This document shows, piece after piece, positions 9,119 through 17,262 of a stretch of 32,000 nucleotides of DNA (its first letter is position 1; each line of letters begins with the position of its first letter). Made by a program: the position numbers and the translations under genes. This DNA is from Methylorubrum extorquens (GTDB lineage Bacteria; Pseudomonadota; Alphaproteobacteria; Rhizobiales; Beijerinckiaceae). The notes beneath the pieces are model-generated. The model ran no database searches and was not told the origin of the DNA. It worked only from the letters and a program-made list of their open reading frames with translations. The stretch covers positions 1,620,001 to 1,652,000 of the forward strand of contig LT962688.1 of the NCBI GenBank assembly GCA_900234795.1, written 5' to 3'.

Positions 9119-9633
9119 CCACTCTTAGGTGTTGCGGAAACCGGAAAGGCCAGCCTCAACCTCGGACGACGAAGGTCACCTCAGCGCAGCGCAAGGCAGC
9201 AACAGTTTCGTCGCCCAGCGCGAAGAGGGCCGCGCGCTTCACGCCGAAGCTCAAGGGAGGGAGGGGCCGCCCTGAAGTTCGCCGCCGGCGCAATCGACCC
9301 CGAAGTCGATTTCGGCCACCACCAGGCCGAGATCGAGCTTGTGCGGTCGACTACGAGCTAACGGCAGCTTTCGGGGCACAAGCAGCCATCCCGGCGCACT
9401 TGCTCGAATGTCAGATCATGGCGCGAAGCAGGGGTCCAGTCTCCGCTTGCTCAAATGCCGTTTCCCACCCCGAGTGGTCTTCTGGTTGTGCGATCGCGCG
9501 TATCCATAAAACGAACGTTTTCCTTGCGCATATGGGGGCCTCGGACGGCCTGCCGACACAGCGCTGTTTTTGTGATGACCAGTATATCCGCAGATCTATT
9601 GCACGCATTAGGGCATTGTTTGACTGCCCTGGC

Positions 9634-9782
9634 ATGCTCACCTGATACGCCCGTGTCTCGACTTAGGATAGAACCTCGACTTGCAGCGCGATGCGCTGAC
9701 CAAGGCTGGCTGCGAGCGGATCTTTGAGAAGAAGAGCGGTAAGGTCAGGACCAGGCGCCCGCGAAGGAATGACCTTCGAGAG
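9634..9782 (+). pseudogene. decayed N-terminal fragment of a serine recombinase (resolvase/invertase)
   Basis: 9646-9663 encodes YARVST, the catalytic-Ser motif. After a frameshift and an in-frame TAG, 9672-9782 encodes NLDLQRDALTKAGCERIFEKKSGKVRTRRP, which is the classic resolvase N-terminal signature. A stop also lies between the ATG (9634) and YARVST. No C-terminal part follows. Confidence 0.6.
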
Positions 9783-9904
9783 TAAAGGTGCACAGCCCAT
9801 AAGCTTGGAAAAACCGTCCCCTGAATGGGGATTGCCGGGGAGAGCGGTCATTTTCCGCTCTCATAACCCATTGCCACCATTCGGCTTTCCTAGCGAGGAA
9901 AACC

Positions 9905-9980
9905 TGGTGGAGCTGAGGGGAATCGAACCCCTGACCTCCGCAGTGCGATTGCGGCGCTCTCCCATCTGAGCTACAGCCCC
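9905..9980 (-). tRNA. tRNA-Ala: tRNA-Ala (anticodon CGC)
   Basis: The reverse complement is GGGGCTGTAGCTCAGATGGGAGAGCGCCGCAATCGCACTGCGGAGGTCAGGGGTTCGATTCCCCTCAGCTCCACCA. It folds as a cloverleaf with a 7-bp acceptor stem carrying the G3:U70 Ala identity pair. It has a GCTC/GAGC D arm, a CCGCA/TGCGG anticodon stem with loop ATCGCAC (anticodon CGC), a GGTTCGATTCC T-loop and an encoded CCA. Confidence 0.95.
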
Positions 9981-10102
9981 GTCCGAGGCGAGGGCCTTGT
10001 AGGCTTGTCCGCTTCGGCCTGTCAATTCCGGAAATTTCCCGCCGCACCCGCGTCCCTCACGCCGGGTCTCCGTGCGGGGCGATGAGGACCGAACCCCCCC
10101 GC

Positions 10103-10393
10103 ATGAACGCCCTGCTCTGGCTCTTCAACACCATCATCCAGCTCTACATCTACGTCCTCGTTGCGAGCGCCGTGCTGAGCTGGCTCGTGGCCTTCAACGT
10201 GGTCAATGTGCGCAATCCGATCGTCTCGCAGATCGGTGAATTCCTCTATCGCGTCACCGAGCCGGTGTTGCGGCCGATCCGGAACCTGCTGCCCAATCTC
10301 GGCGGCGTCGATATCTCGCCGATCATCCTGATCCTGCTGCTGCTGTTCGCCCAGAAGCTCGCCACCGACCTCTACGTCCAACTGGCCTTCTGA
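10103..10393 (+). CDS. yggT: YggT family membrane protein
   Basis: [35 protein letters not shown]...[30 protein letters not shown] is typical YggT/Ycf19. I prefer the ATG at 10103 over 10082. Confidence 0.8.
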   Translation: MNALLWLFNTIIQLYIYVLVASAVLSWLVAFNVVNVRNPIVSQIGEFLYRVTEPVLRPIRNLLPNLGGVDISPIILILLLLFAQKLATDLYVQLAF

Positions 10394-10587
10394 TCGCGTC
10401 TCCGGCGCCGACCCACCCCGGCGTCAAGCGCGGCATTGCGCGGGCGCCGGGCTCGTTGCTAAGGCGGTCGGGCATCGGTTCGGCCGAAAAGCCGATGCAA
10501 TGTCAGAACTTTAGGGCCTCGTTCTGAATACGATATTCAAGACGGTGCCCTCGGCCAGCAAGAGCCGCACAGGGAGCGACGCGCGCC

Positions 10588-11634
10588 ATGAAGACCAATC
10601 CGGGCCGCTTCTTCGAGGATTTCCGCCTCGGGGAGACCATCCGCCATGCCACGCCGCGCACCGTCACCACGGGCGACGTGGCGCTCTACACCGCCCTTTA
10701 CGGCCCGCGCTTTGCCGTGCAGTCCTCGGACGCCTTCGCCAAGGCGATCGGCTATCCGGCGAGCCCGCTCGACGACCTGCTCACCTTCCACGTCGTCTTC
10801 GGCAAGACCGTGCCGGACGTCTCGCTCAACGCGTTGGCTAATCTCGGCTATGCCGAGGGCGGCTTCCACCGCCCGGTCTATCCCGGCGAGACACTCTCGA
10901 CCGTCTCCGAGGTGATCGGGCTCAAGGAAAGCTCCAACCGCCAGACCGGCGTGGTCTATGTGCGTTCCACCGGCTCCGACGCCTCTGGCCAGACCGTGCT
11001 GAGCTATTGCCGGTGGGTTCTCGTGCGCAAGCGCGACCCGGAGGCCAAGATCGCCGAGGAGCACGTGCCTCAGCTCGCCAAGGTGGTGAACCCGGCCGAC
11101 CTCGCCCACGCCCTGCCCCCGCTCGATCCGGCCGCCTACGACAATGCGCTGGCCGGCAGCCCGCATCGCTTCGCGGATTACGCGGTCGGCGAGAAGATCG
11201 ACCACGTCGATGGCATGACCGTCGAGGAGGCTGAGCACCAGATCGCCACGCGCCTGTTCCAGAACACCGCCAAGGTCCATTTCGACGCGGTGGCGACCAA
11301 GGAGACGAAGTTCGGCAAGCGCCTGATCTATGGCGGCCACGTCATCTCGCTCGCCCGCGCGCTCAGCTTCAACGGGCTCGCCAACGCGTTCGCCATCGGC
11401 GGCATCAATGCCGGCCGCCACGTCGCGCCGCTCTTTGCCGGTGACACGGTCTATGCGTGGTCCGAGGTGCTGGAGACGGCCGAACTGCCCGGCCGCAGCG
11501 ATATCGGCGCGTTGCGCCTGCGCACGGTGGCGACCAAGAACCAGGCTTGCGGCGCCTATCCGGACAAGCAGGGCGAGGGCTACGACCCGTCGGTGATCCT
11601 CGATCTCGACTATTGGGCCTTCATCCCGCGCTGA
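10588..11634 (+). CDS. double-hotdog MaoC-family (R)-hydratase, likely mesaconyl-CoA hydratase (2-methylfumaryl-CoA hydratase) of the ethylmalonyl-CoA pathway
   Basis: The 348-aa ORF has two MaoC/hotdog halves. The N-terminus MKTNPGRFFEDFRLGE and the size match my recollection of Mch/Mcd-type mesaconyl-CoA hydratases of Rhodobacter and Methylobacterium. The specific function is inferred, not verified. Confidence 0.75.
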   Translation: MKTNPGRFFEDFRLGETIRHATPRTVTTGDVALYTALYGPRFAVQSSDAFAKAIGYPASPLDDLLTFHVVFGKTVPDVSLNALANLGYAEGGFHRPVYPGETLSTVSEVIGLKESSNRQTGVVYVRSTGSDASGQTVLSYCRWVLVRKRDPEAKIAEEHVPQLAKVVNPADLAHALPPLDPAAYDNALAGSPHRFADYAVGEKIDHVDGMTVEEAEHQIATRLFQNTAKVHFDAVATKETKFGKRLIYGGHVISLARALSFNGLANAFAIGGINAGRHVAPLFAGDTVYAWSEVLETAELPGRSDIGALRLRTVATKNQACGAYPDKQGEGYDPSVILDLDYWAFIPR

Positions 11635-11662
11635 AACGTCGGCCCTCAAGAGGCTGACGCCT

Positions 11663-12454
11663 CTAAGAAAAGAACCCGGCCACGGCCTGACGCAACGGGT
11701 TGGCCGGGTTCGATAGCAGGCGCAGCGCCATCGCGCAGGCGATGACGACGAGGAGCGGGCGGATCAGCCGGGCGCCGAGGCGGACGGCGAGCGCCGAGCC
11801 GACCTGGGCGCCGAGAAAGGCGCCGACGGCCATCGCGAGCCCCACCGGCCAGATCACCGCGCCCTGGAGCGTGAACAGGGCGAGGCTGCCGAGGTTGCTC
11901 GCGGCGTTCGAGAGCTTGGTGTGGGCGGTGGCCCGCACCACGCCGAGACCGAGCAGCGTCACGAAGCCGATCATGTAGAACGAGCCGGCACCGGGCCCGA
12001 ACACCCCGTCGTAGAAGCCGACCGCCGGCGCGAGCGTCACCGCGAACAGGCCGGGGGTAATGCGCGCCGCCGCATCCTCGTTGCTCATCCGCCGTGCGGT
12101 GGCGAAGTAGAGCGCGATGCCGACGAGCATGAGCGGCACCAATGCGTCGAGGACCGGGCGCGGCAGCAGGCTGACGCAGAGCGCGCCGCCCACCGAGGCA
12201 AGGCCAGCCCCGAGTGCGGCGGGCCCGGCCTCGCGCCAGCGGATCAGCCCGCGCCGGGCGAAGGCGATCGTGGCCGAGACCGAGCCGGCGCTGCCCTGAA
12301 GCTTGTTGGTGGCGATCGCGCTCACGGGGTCGAGCCCGGCGAGCAGCAGGGCCGGCAGGGTCATCAGCCCGCCCCCACCCGCGATGGCGTCGACGGCGCC
12401 CGCCACCACGGCCACGCCGAACAGGCCGGCGACCGTCTCAAGCTCAATGCTCAT
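11663..12454 (-). CDS. sulfite exporter TauE/SafE family membrane protein
   Basis: The ORF is a polytopic Gly/Ala-rich membrane protein with TauE-type repeats (GGGGLMTLPALLL and GAGSFYMIGFV). I prefer the ATG at 12454 (MSIELET) over the TTG at 12466. Confidence 0.8.
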   Translation of the reverse strand: MSIELETVAGLFGVAVVAGAVDAIAGGGGLMTLPALLLAGLDPVSAIATNKLQGSAGSVSATIAFARRGLIRWREAGPAALGAGLASVGGALCVSLLPRPVLDALVPLMLVGIALYFATARRMSNEDAAARITPGLFAVTLAPAVGFYDGVFGPGAGSFYMIGFVTLLGLGVVRATAHTKLSNAASNLGSLALFTLQGAVIWPVGLAMAVGAFLGAQVGSALAVRLGARLIRPLLVVIACAMALRLLSNPANPLRQAVAGFFS

Positions 12455-12462
12455 CGGGGATC

Positions 12463-12544
12463 CCAAAGGGCCTCAAGCCCTTTGGCGGGTTGTCAGGGCA
12501 GCGCCCTGACGTCGGCACAGCCGATCTGCAGGGCCCTGCCCTGC
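12463..12544. repeat. three consecutive GC-rich mini-palindromes sharing an AGGGC/GCCCT core (REP-like or terminator cluster)
   Basis: The three are CCAAAGGGC-ctcaa-GCCCTTTGG (12463-12485), GTCAGGGC-agc-GCCCTGAC (12492-12510) and GCAGGGC-cct-GCCCTGC (12528-12544). They lie between the GATase stop (12606) and the TauE start (12454). Confidence 0.6.
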
Positions 12545-12605
12545 ACCTTTGACAAGGACTCGTCCTTTCGAAGCCTTGATCACGGCTGTCCCGCCTGGGC
12601 AAGCC

Positions 12606-13391
12606 TCAGGCGGCGGCACGCTCCGTGCGCGGCAGGCTGACGACGGCGCGGCTGCCGCGGGTCGCCCGCAGCGTTCCGCCCTTGGGCACGATCGTCCAGC
12701 CCTCCTTGCAGCCGTCGATCGGCTCGGAGACGACGGTGAGGCCGCGCTCGCTCTCGCGGTAATACAGGCTCGGCGGGCGCCCGTCGCAGGCCCAGCGGAA
12801 GGCGGTGAGGCTCTCGCCGTCGGTGAGCACGGCGGTGAAGCGGAAGGCTTCGGCGATGTGCGCCTCCTGCATCAGGTCGCGCACGGTGGTGCAGGTCGCC
12901 TCCATGGCGCCGACGGGATCGGAATCGAGGCCGTTGGCGAGCGCCAGCAGGAACAGCGCCTCCGAATCCGTCGAGCCGCGGCGGGTGTCGTACAGCGCAT
13001 CGGGGATCATCGCCTCAAGGCGCCGCTTGATTCGGTGATAGCCGCCGATCTGACCGTTATGCATGAACAGGTGGCGGCCATGGGCGAAGGGGTGGCAGTT
13101 GGCCCGCGTCGTCGCCGTGCCGGTAGCCGCCCGTACATGGGCGAAGAATGTCCGCGCCCGCACCTGTCGGCACAGGTTCACGAGGTTCTCGTCCGACCAG
13201 GCCGGGCAGATATCGCGGTAGAGGCCGGGCTCGGCGTGCTCGCCGTACCAGCCGATCCCGAACCCGTCACCGTTGGTCTCGGTCTTCGCCTCGGAGGCGT
13301 GCAGCGATTGATGGACCAGCGAATGGGTCGGGGCGCAGACCAGCTCGTTCAGAAAGACCGGCTCACCGAGATAGGCGAGGAAGCGGCACAT
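12606..13391 (-). CDS. class II (Ntn-type) glutamine amidotransferase, EgtC/YafJ-like
   Basis: MCRFLAYLG has the nucleophile Cys2, followed by NGDGFGIGWY and HVRAATG...NCHPF...MHNGQI motifs. Length is 261 aa. Confidence 0.85.
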   Translation of the reverse strand: MCRFLAYLGEPVFLNELVCAPTHSLVHQSLHASEAKTETNGDGFGIGWYGEHAEPGLYRDICPAWSDENLVNLCRQVRARTFFAHVRAATGTATTRANCHPFAHGRHLFMHNGQIGGYHRIKRRLEAMIPDALYDTRRGSTDSEALFLLALANGLDSDPVGAMEATCTTVRDLMQEAHIAEAFRFTAVLTDGESLTAFRWACDGRPPSLYYRESERGLTVVSEPIDGCKEGWTIVPKGGTLRATRGSRAVVSLPRTERAAA

Positions 13392-13670
13392 GGCGGGACA
13401 AGAGCCTCCTTTGCGGTCCGGAGCGAGCTATGCAAGCATCGGTCCGCTTGAACCGCTGCGTGTCGCCGGACTGTAACAATTCGTTCCGTGTGGTGAACAG
13501 TCCGTTAAGGGAGGGGTCGATCGGAAGGGTTCAGGCTGGTGCAATTTCGCTGAACCGATCGTCCCCGAACTTGTTGTCGCAGGGCAAGCATCGTCGGCGC
13601 CGCCGATTCCGCCGCGGCGTGCCCATGGGCCGCCGCTTCCGAACCGCTCGCACAGCTTCAGGGAGAAATC

Positions 13671-14060
13671 ATGGCTCATTCCGGAGACAGCCCGGTCGCG
13701 CTCGTCGTTGAGGAGGACGAGGCCGCCCGCGACCTCGCGACCGTCCTGATCGAGGAGACCGACCTCGACGTCATCGCCTGTTCGAGCGCCGAGGACGCGT
13801 TGGCCGTTCTCGAACGCGGGGACGTGACCGTGGCGATGGTGATCGCCGACACGCGCCTCTCGGGCAAGATGGACGGGGCGGCGTTGGCGCGCGCGGTCGA
13901 GGATCGCTGGCCGGAGGTGCGGCTCGTGGTGACCTCCGGGGGCCGCGAGGAGCGCCGGACCGAGATTCCGCCGCATGCCGTCTACATGCGCAAGCCCTGG
14001 CTGCCGCTGGAACTGCTGCGGCAGGCCGAGCGCGCCACCCTGACGGCCAAGGCCGCCTAA
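13671..14060 (+). CDS. stand-alone response-regulator receiver domain protein
   Basis: The 129-aa ORF has acidic pocket residues (VVEEDE), a phospho-acceptor context (VIADTRLSG), then VVTSG and a conserved K (YMRKPW). No output domain is present. Confidence 0.8.
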   Translation: MAHSGDSPVALVVEEDEAARDLATVLIEETDLDVIACSSAEDALAVLERGDVTVAMVIADTRLSGKMDGAALARAVEDRWPEVRLVVTSGGREERRTEIPPHAVYMRKPWLPLELLRQAERATLTAKAA

Positions 14061-14081
14061 CGCCAGACGTTCAGACAATGG

Positions 14082-14119
14082 AAAAAAGGCCCGCCGGTCG
14101 AGCCGGCGGGGCTCTTTTC
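14082..14119. terminator. bidirectional rho-independent terminator between the convergent receiver gene and rpsU
   Basis: The sequence reads AAAAAAGG-CCCGCCGG-tcgag-CCGGCGGG-GCTCTTTT. This is a GC stem flanked by an A-run on one side and a T-run on the other. Confidence 0.7.
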
Positions 14120-14160
14120 GTATCGCGATGCTGCGGGCCGCGCGCGGCGGCCGGCGCGGA

Positions 14161-14478
14161 TCAGGAGGCGGCGGGCGCCGGAGCGGCGGCGGGGGCCGCT
14201 GCGGGCTGCTGCGAGAAGCTCGGCATGCCGGGACGGCGCGGAGCGCCGGTACGGGGCTTCGGCTTCGGAGCGGCGATCAGGCCCTCGCGGATCGCGGTCT
14301 TGCGGGCCTGCTTGCGGGCGCGGCGGACAGCCTCGGCCTTCTCACGCGCCTTGCGCACGGAGGGCTTCTCGTAGGCCTTGCGCTGCTTCATCTCGCGGAA
14401 GATGCCCTCGCGCTGCATCTTCTTCTTGAGGACGCGGAGCGCCTGATCGACGTTGTTATCGCGAACGAGTACCTGCAA
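14161..14478 (-). CDS. rpsU: 30S ribosomal protein S21 with Ala/Pro-rich C-terminal extension
   Basis: (M)[55 protein letters not shown] is canonical S21. The likely start is the TTG at 14478, preceded by AGGGG. About 35 extra C-terminal residues follow ([14 protein letters not shown]...[13 protein letters not shown]). Confidence 0.9.
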   Translation of the reverse strand: MQVLVRDNNVDQALRVLKKKMQREGIFREMKQRKAYEKPSVRKAREKAEAVRRARKQARKTAIREGLIAAPKPKPRTGAPRRPGMPSFSQQPAAAPAAAPAPAAS

Positions 14479-14839
14479 CGGAATCAACCCCTAGATTTGT
14501 CGTTTCGAACCGCACCGGCCCCGGAATCCCGGCTGAACCGGGAAAAAGCCGTCGGGCGCCCCTGTCTCCGGGCTGCATTCCGGAGGAGGCGTCGTGACGG
14601 CAGCCGAATCGGTGCGAAAGAATTGCACCTGAGCGCGCGGCATACACGAAACAGGTTCGTGTTGGAAGTGCAGGAAAGCCTCTTGCAAAGCCGCCGCGCC
14701 GTTTCTCCCTGTCCCGCCCTCGCGCGGCGAAGCCGAGGTCACCCAAGGCGTTATCCGATCCGGAAACGCCGCGCCATGGATGGCGCCGGCGTCAACCCGC
14801 AAGGCAGAGGGCAAGGGCAGAGAGACGGTTTCAGAGTGC

Positions 14840-14912
14840 CTGACAAAACTCCCGGTCTCTGACTGTTCTCGTTCTGGCGATGACAGCGCGGCGGGAGTTT
14901 CGTGAGAGACAC
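14840..14912 (-). repeat. 73-nt palindromic repeat element, copy 2 (abuts the phaZ stop codon)
   Basis: The reverse complement of 14840-14912 matches 9046-9118 at 69 of 73 positions. It has the same orientation relative to the upstream gene's 3' end as copy 1. Its hairpin arms carry 2 mismatches. Confidence 0.8.
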
Positions 14913-16127
14913 TCAGGCGTGCGAGGCGATGAAGTTGCGCACGAGCGGATAGGTCTGCGCCTCCCACTTGCGGCCGGAGAACACGCCGTAGTGACCCACG
15001 CCGGTTTGGAGGTGGTGGGTCTTCATGTGCGGCGGCAGGCTCGAGCAGAGATCGTGGGCGGCCATGGTCTGGCCCACGGCGCAGATGTCGTCGCGCTCGC
15101 CTTCCACCGTCATCAGGGCGGTGCGCCGGATCGCGCCCATATCGATGGGCTCGCCGCGGTAGGTGAGCTGGTTGCGGGCCAGGGTGTAGTCCTGGAAGAC
15201 GATCTTGACCGTCTCGAGGTAGAACTCGGCGGCGAGGTCGAGGACGGCGAAATACTCGTCGTAGAAGGTCTCGATCGCCTGCGCCTTGTCGGCGCTGCCG
15301 TCGACATAGTGCCAGAACAGGTCCGTATGCGCGTCCCTGTGGCGCTTGGCATTCATCGAGACGAAGGCGGAGACCTGCGTGAAGCCGGGATAGACCCGCC
15401 GCCCCGCCCCCTTGTGGCGTCCGGTCACCGTCTCGATCAGGTTCTTCTCGAACCACTCGATCGGCTTCGAGACGGCGAGCCGGTTCACCGAGGTCGGGCT
15501 GACGCGGCAATCGACCGGTCCGGCCATCAGGGTCATGCTGCGCGGCTGCGCCGGATTCTTAGTGTGCGCCATCAGCGCCGTGGCCGCGAGCGCCTGCACC
15601 GCGGGCTGGCACACGGCCATGAGGTGGGCGCCCTCGCCGATGGTCTCCAGAAAGCGCACCACGTGATCGACGTAGTCGTCGAAGCCGAACCGCCCTTCCG
15701 AGAGCGGCACGTCGCGGGCGTTGTGCCAGTCGGTGATGTAGACGTCGTGGTCGGGCAGCAGCGTGCGCACGGTGCTGCGCAGCAGCGTGGCGAAGTGGCC
15801 CGAGAGGGGGGCGAGCACCAGCACCTTGGGCTGGACGGTGTCGATGTCCTTGCGGAAGCGGAGCAGCGTGCCGAAGGGCGTGGCGAGCACCGGCTCCTCG
15901 ATCACCGGCACTTCGCGGTTGCCGACCATGACGGCGTGGATGCCGTAGGCCGGCCGCGCGAAGGTGAGGCCGGCGCGCATCATCATGCGCGCGCCCGCCG
16001 ACCACCATTTCGCGGCGTCGTGCCAGGGCGTCCGCATCCACGGCGCGGAGGCTTCCTGCAGCAGGCGGCCCCATTGGCGGGTCTGCCGGGCGATGTCCGA
16101 TTGGACATCGAGGGCTTGGTAGAGCAT
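14913..16127 (-). CDS. phaZ: intracellular polyhydroxyalkanoate (PHB) depolymerase
   Basis: MLYQALDVQSDI..., PLSGHFATLLRSTVRTLLPDHDVYITDWHNARDVP, AVCQP and HYGVFSG are characteristic of the PhaZ (intracellular) family. I prefer the start at 16127 over the 437-aa ORF start. Confidence 0.9.
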   Translation of the reverse strand: MLYQALDVQSDIARQTRQWGRLLQEASAPWMRTPWHDAAKWWSAGARMMMRAGLTFARPAYGIHAVMVGNREVPVIEEPVLATPFGTLLRFRKDIDTVQPKVLVLAPLSGHFATLLRSTVRTLLPDHDVYITDWHNARDVPLSEGRFGFDDYVDHVVRFLETIGEGAHLMAVCQPAVQALAATALMAHTKNPAQPRSMTLMAGPVDCRVSPTSVNRLAVSKPIEWFEKNLIETVTGRHKGAGRRVYPGFTQVSAFVSMNAKRHRDAHTDLFWHYVDGSADKAQAIETFYDEYFAVLDLAAEFYLETVKIVFQDYTLARNQLTYRGEPIDMGAIRRTALMTVEGERDDICAVGQTMAAHDLCSSLPPHMKTHHLQTGVGHYGVFSGRKWEAQTYPLVRNFIASHA

Positions 16128-16477
16128 CGGGCGCAAACTCCAAGCGCGCAAGGTGCCTGCACGCATCCATCTCTCGCGAACGCCCGAACGGCCCGGATTC
16201 GCCCGCTTCACGTTTCCGGTCGCCACTGCCGCCCCACGTGACGATGCCAGACGAGACAGGCTAAGCGGTTCTGGATTGGGCGCAACCGATCAAAAGTATA
16301 TATTGCGCCCCTGTGGTGTGGATGCATCACCTTGCATAGGAGTTTATGGGAGAAGAATTCTATTGCCGGAAAGGCGGGCAGAGGGTCCGAGATCCGGCAC
16401 AAGATTTGCCCTAGAAAAACGTCAAGTGCCGGGTTCCGGGCAGCAGGCTCGGGCAACGCGCATCCGGGGAGAGGGCC

Positions 16478-17134
16478 ATGGCCGAGGCGACGCTCACGAT
16501 CTCCAGCCGCAACTACTCGTCCTGGTCACTGCGCGGCTGGCTGCTGTGCCGGATGGCCGGGCTCGATCTCGCGGTGGAGGTGCTGTCCGGCTCGGACGCC
16601 TCGACGCGGGCCGAACTGCTCCACCTCTCGCCGTCCTTCCTCGTGCCGCGGCTGGAGCACGGCGCGATCGTGGTGTGGGACGTGCTCGCCATTGCTGAAT
16701 ATCTCAACGAGATCCGTCCGGAAGCCGGCCTTCTGCCCGAAGCGCCCGCCGAGCGCGCGCGCTGCCGCGCGGTTTCAGGCGAGATGCATGGCGGCTTCGT
16801 CAACCTGCGCTCGGCCCTGCCGATGAACCTGCGCAGCCTCCATCGCGGCTTCAAGATCTTCAACGGCGCCAAGGGCGACATCGAGCGGATCTGCGCGATC
16901 TTCGAGGATTGCCTGTCGCGCTCGGGCGGGCCCTACCTGTTCGGGGCGCGCCCCACCCTGGCGGACGCGATGTACGCGCCCGTCTGCACCCGCTTTCGCA
17001 CCTACGACGTCACCCTCCCCTTCACGACGGCCACCTACCGCGACACGATCCTCGCCTGGGATCTGATGAGCGAGTGGGCGGCGTCGGCCGAGAGCGAGCC
17101 GGAGGAGATCGAAGAACTCGACATGGAGTTCTAG
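16478..17134 (+). CDS. glutathione S-transferase family protein
   Basis: The 218-aa ORF has an N-terminal thioredoxin-like GST fold (ISSRNYSSWSLRGWLL...VPRLEHGAIVVWDVLAIAEYL) and a helical C-terminal domain. Confidence 0.85.
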   Translation: MAEATLTISSRNYSSWSLRGWLLCRMAGLDLAVEVLSGSDASTRAELLHLSPSFLVPRLEHGAIVVWDVLAIAEYLNEIRPEAGLLPEAPAERARCRAVSGEMHGGFVNLRSALPMNLRSLHRGFKIFNGAKGDIERICAIFEDCLSRSGGPYLFGARPTLADAMYAPVCTRFRTYDVTLPFTTATYRDTILAWDLMSEWAASAESEPEEIEELDMEF

Positions 17135-17140
17135 AGCGCA

Positions 17141-17171
17141 TTTCGACGAAGGGGACACCGGTTCGTCGAAA
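17141..17171. terminator. 10-bp stem hairpin (TTTCGACGAA / TTCGTCGAAA) between the convergent GST and diguanylate cyclase genes
   Basis: Read directly. It has A/T-rich flanks but no canonical U-tail beyond the stem. Confidence 0.4.
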
Positions 17172-17262
17172 AAAAGCGCGTCAAGGCAGAGACCGAGAGA
17201 CCCCGGCCTGATGCAATAGGTTCGGACACGGCTCTCGCGGCGGCCGGCTGGCGCCGCGCCGA

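Noticed and set aside
9011-9361. 116-aa plus-strand ORF and other small ORFs in the 9000-9900 segment, considered as possible toxin/antitoxin or transposase fragments
   Set aside because: I saw no recognisable motifs in any frame except the resolvase relic at 9634-9782. There are no convincing RBS or start contexts.
10500-10545. Possible Irr ICE-box-like sequence (actttagggcctcgttctgaa) upstream of the hydratase gene
   Set aside because: It only partly resembles the TTTAGAA-N3-TTCTAAA consensus as I remember it. It is better described as a weak 7-bp stem (TCAGAAC/GTTCTGA).
10537-11649. 370-aa minus-strand ORF
   Set aside because: It is antisense to the MaoC-type hydratase gene and has no recognisable family features.
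12549-13451. 300-aa plus-strand ORF
   Set aside because: It is antisense to the class-II glutamine amidotransferase gene, whose Cys2 nucleophile and GATase motifs are clear.
14880-16241. 453-aa plus-strand ORF
   Set aside because: It is antisense to phaZ, which has unmistakable PHB-depolymerase sequence. The translation is low complexity.
16128-16477. Possible PhaR-type operator (TGC-rich or CTGC-N3-GCAG-like) in the phaZ/GST divergent region, and the hairpin GGGCGCAA...TTGCGCCC (16278-16310)
   Set aside because: I found only loose TGCA repeats (tgcatcaccttgca) and no clear match to a remembered PhaR consensus. This is too weak to call.
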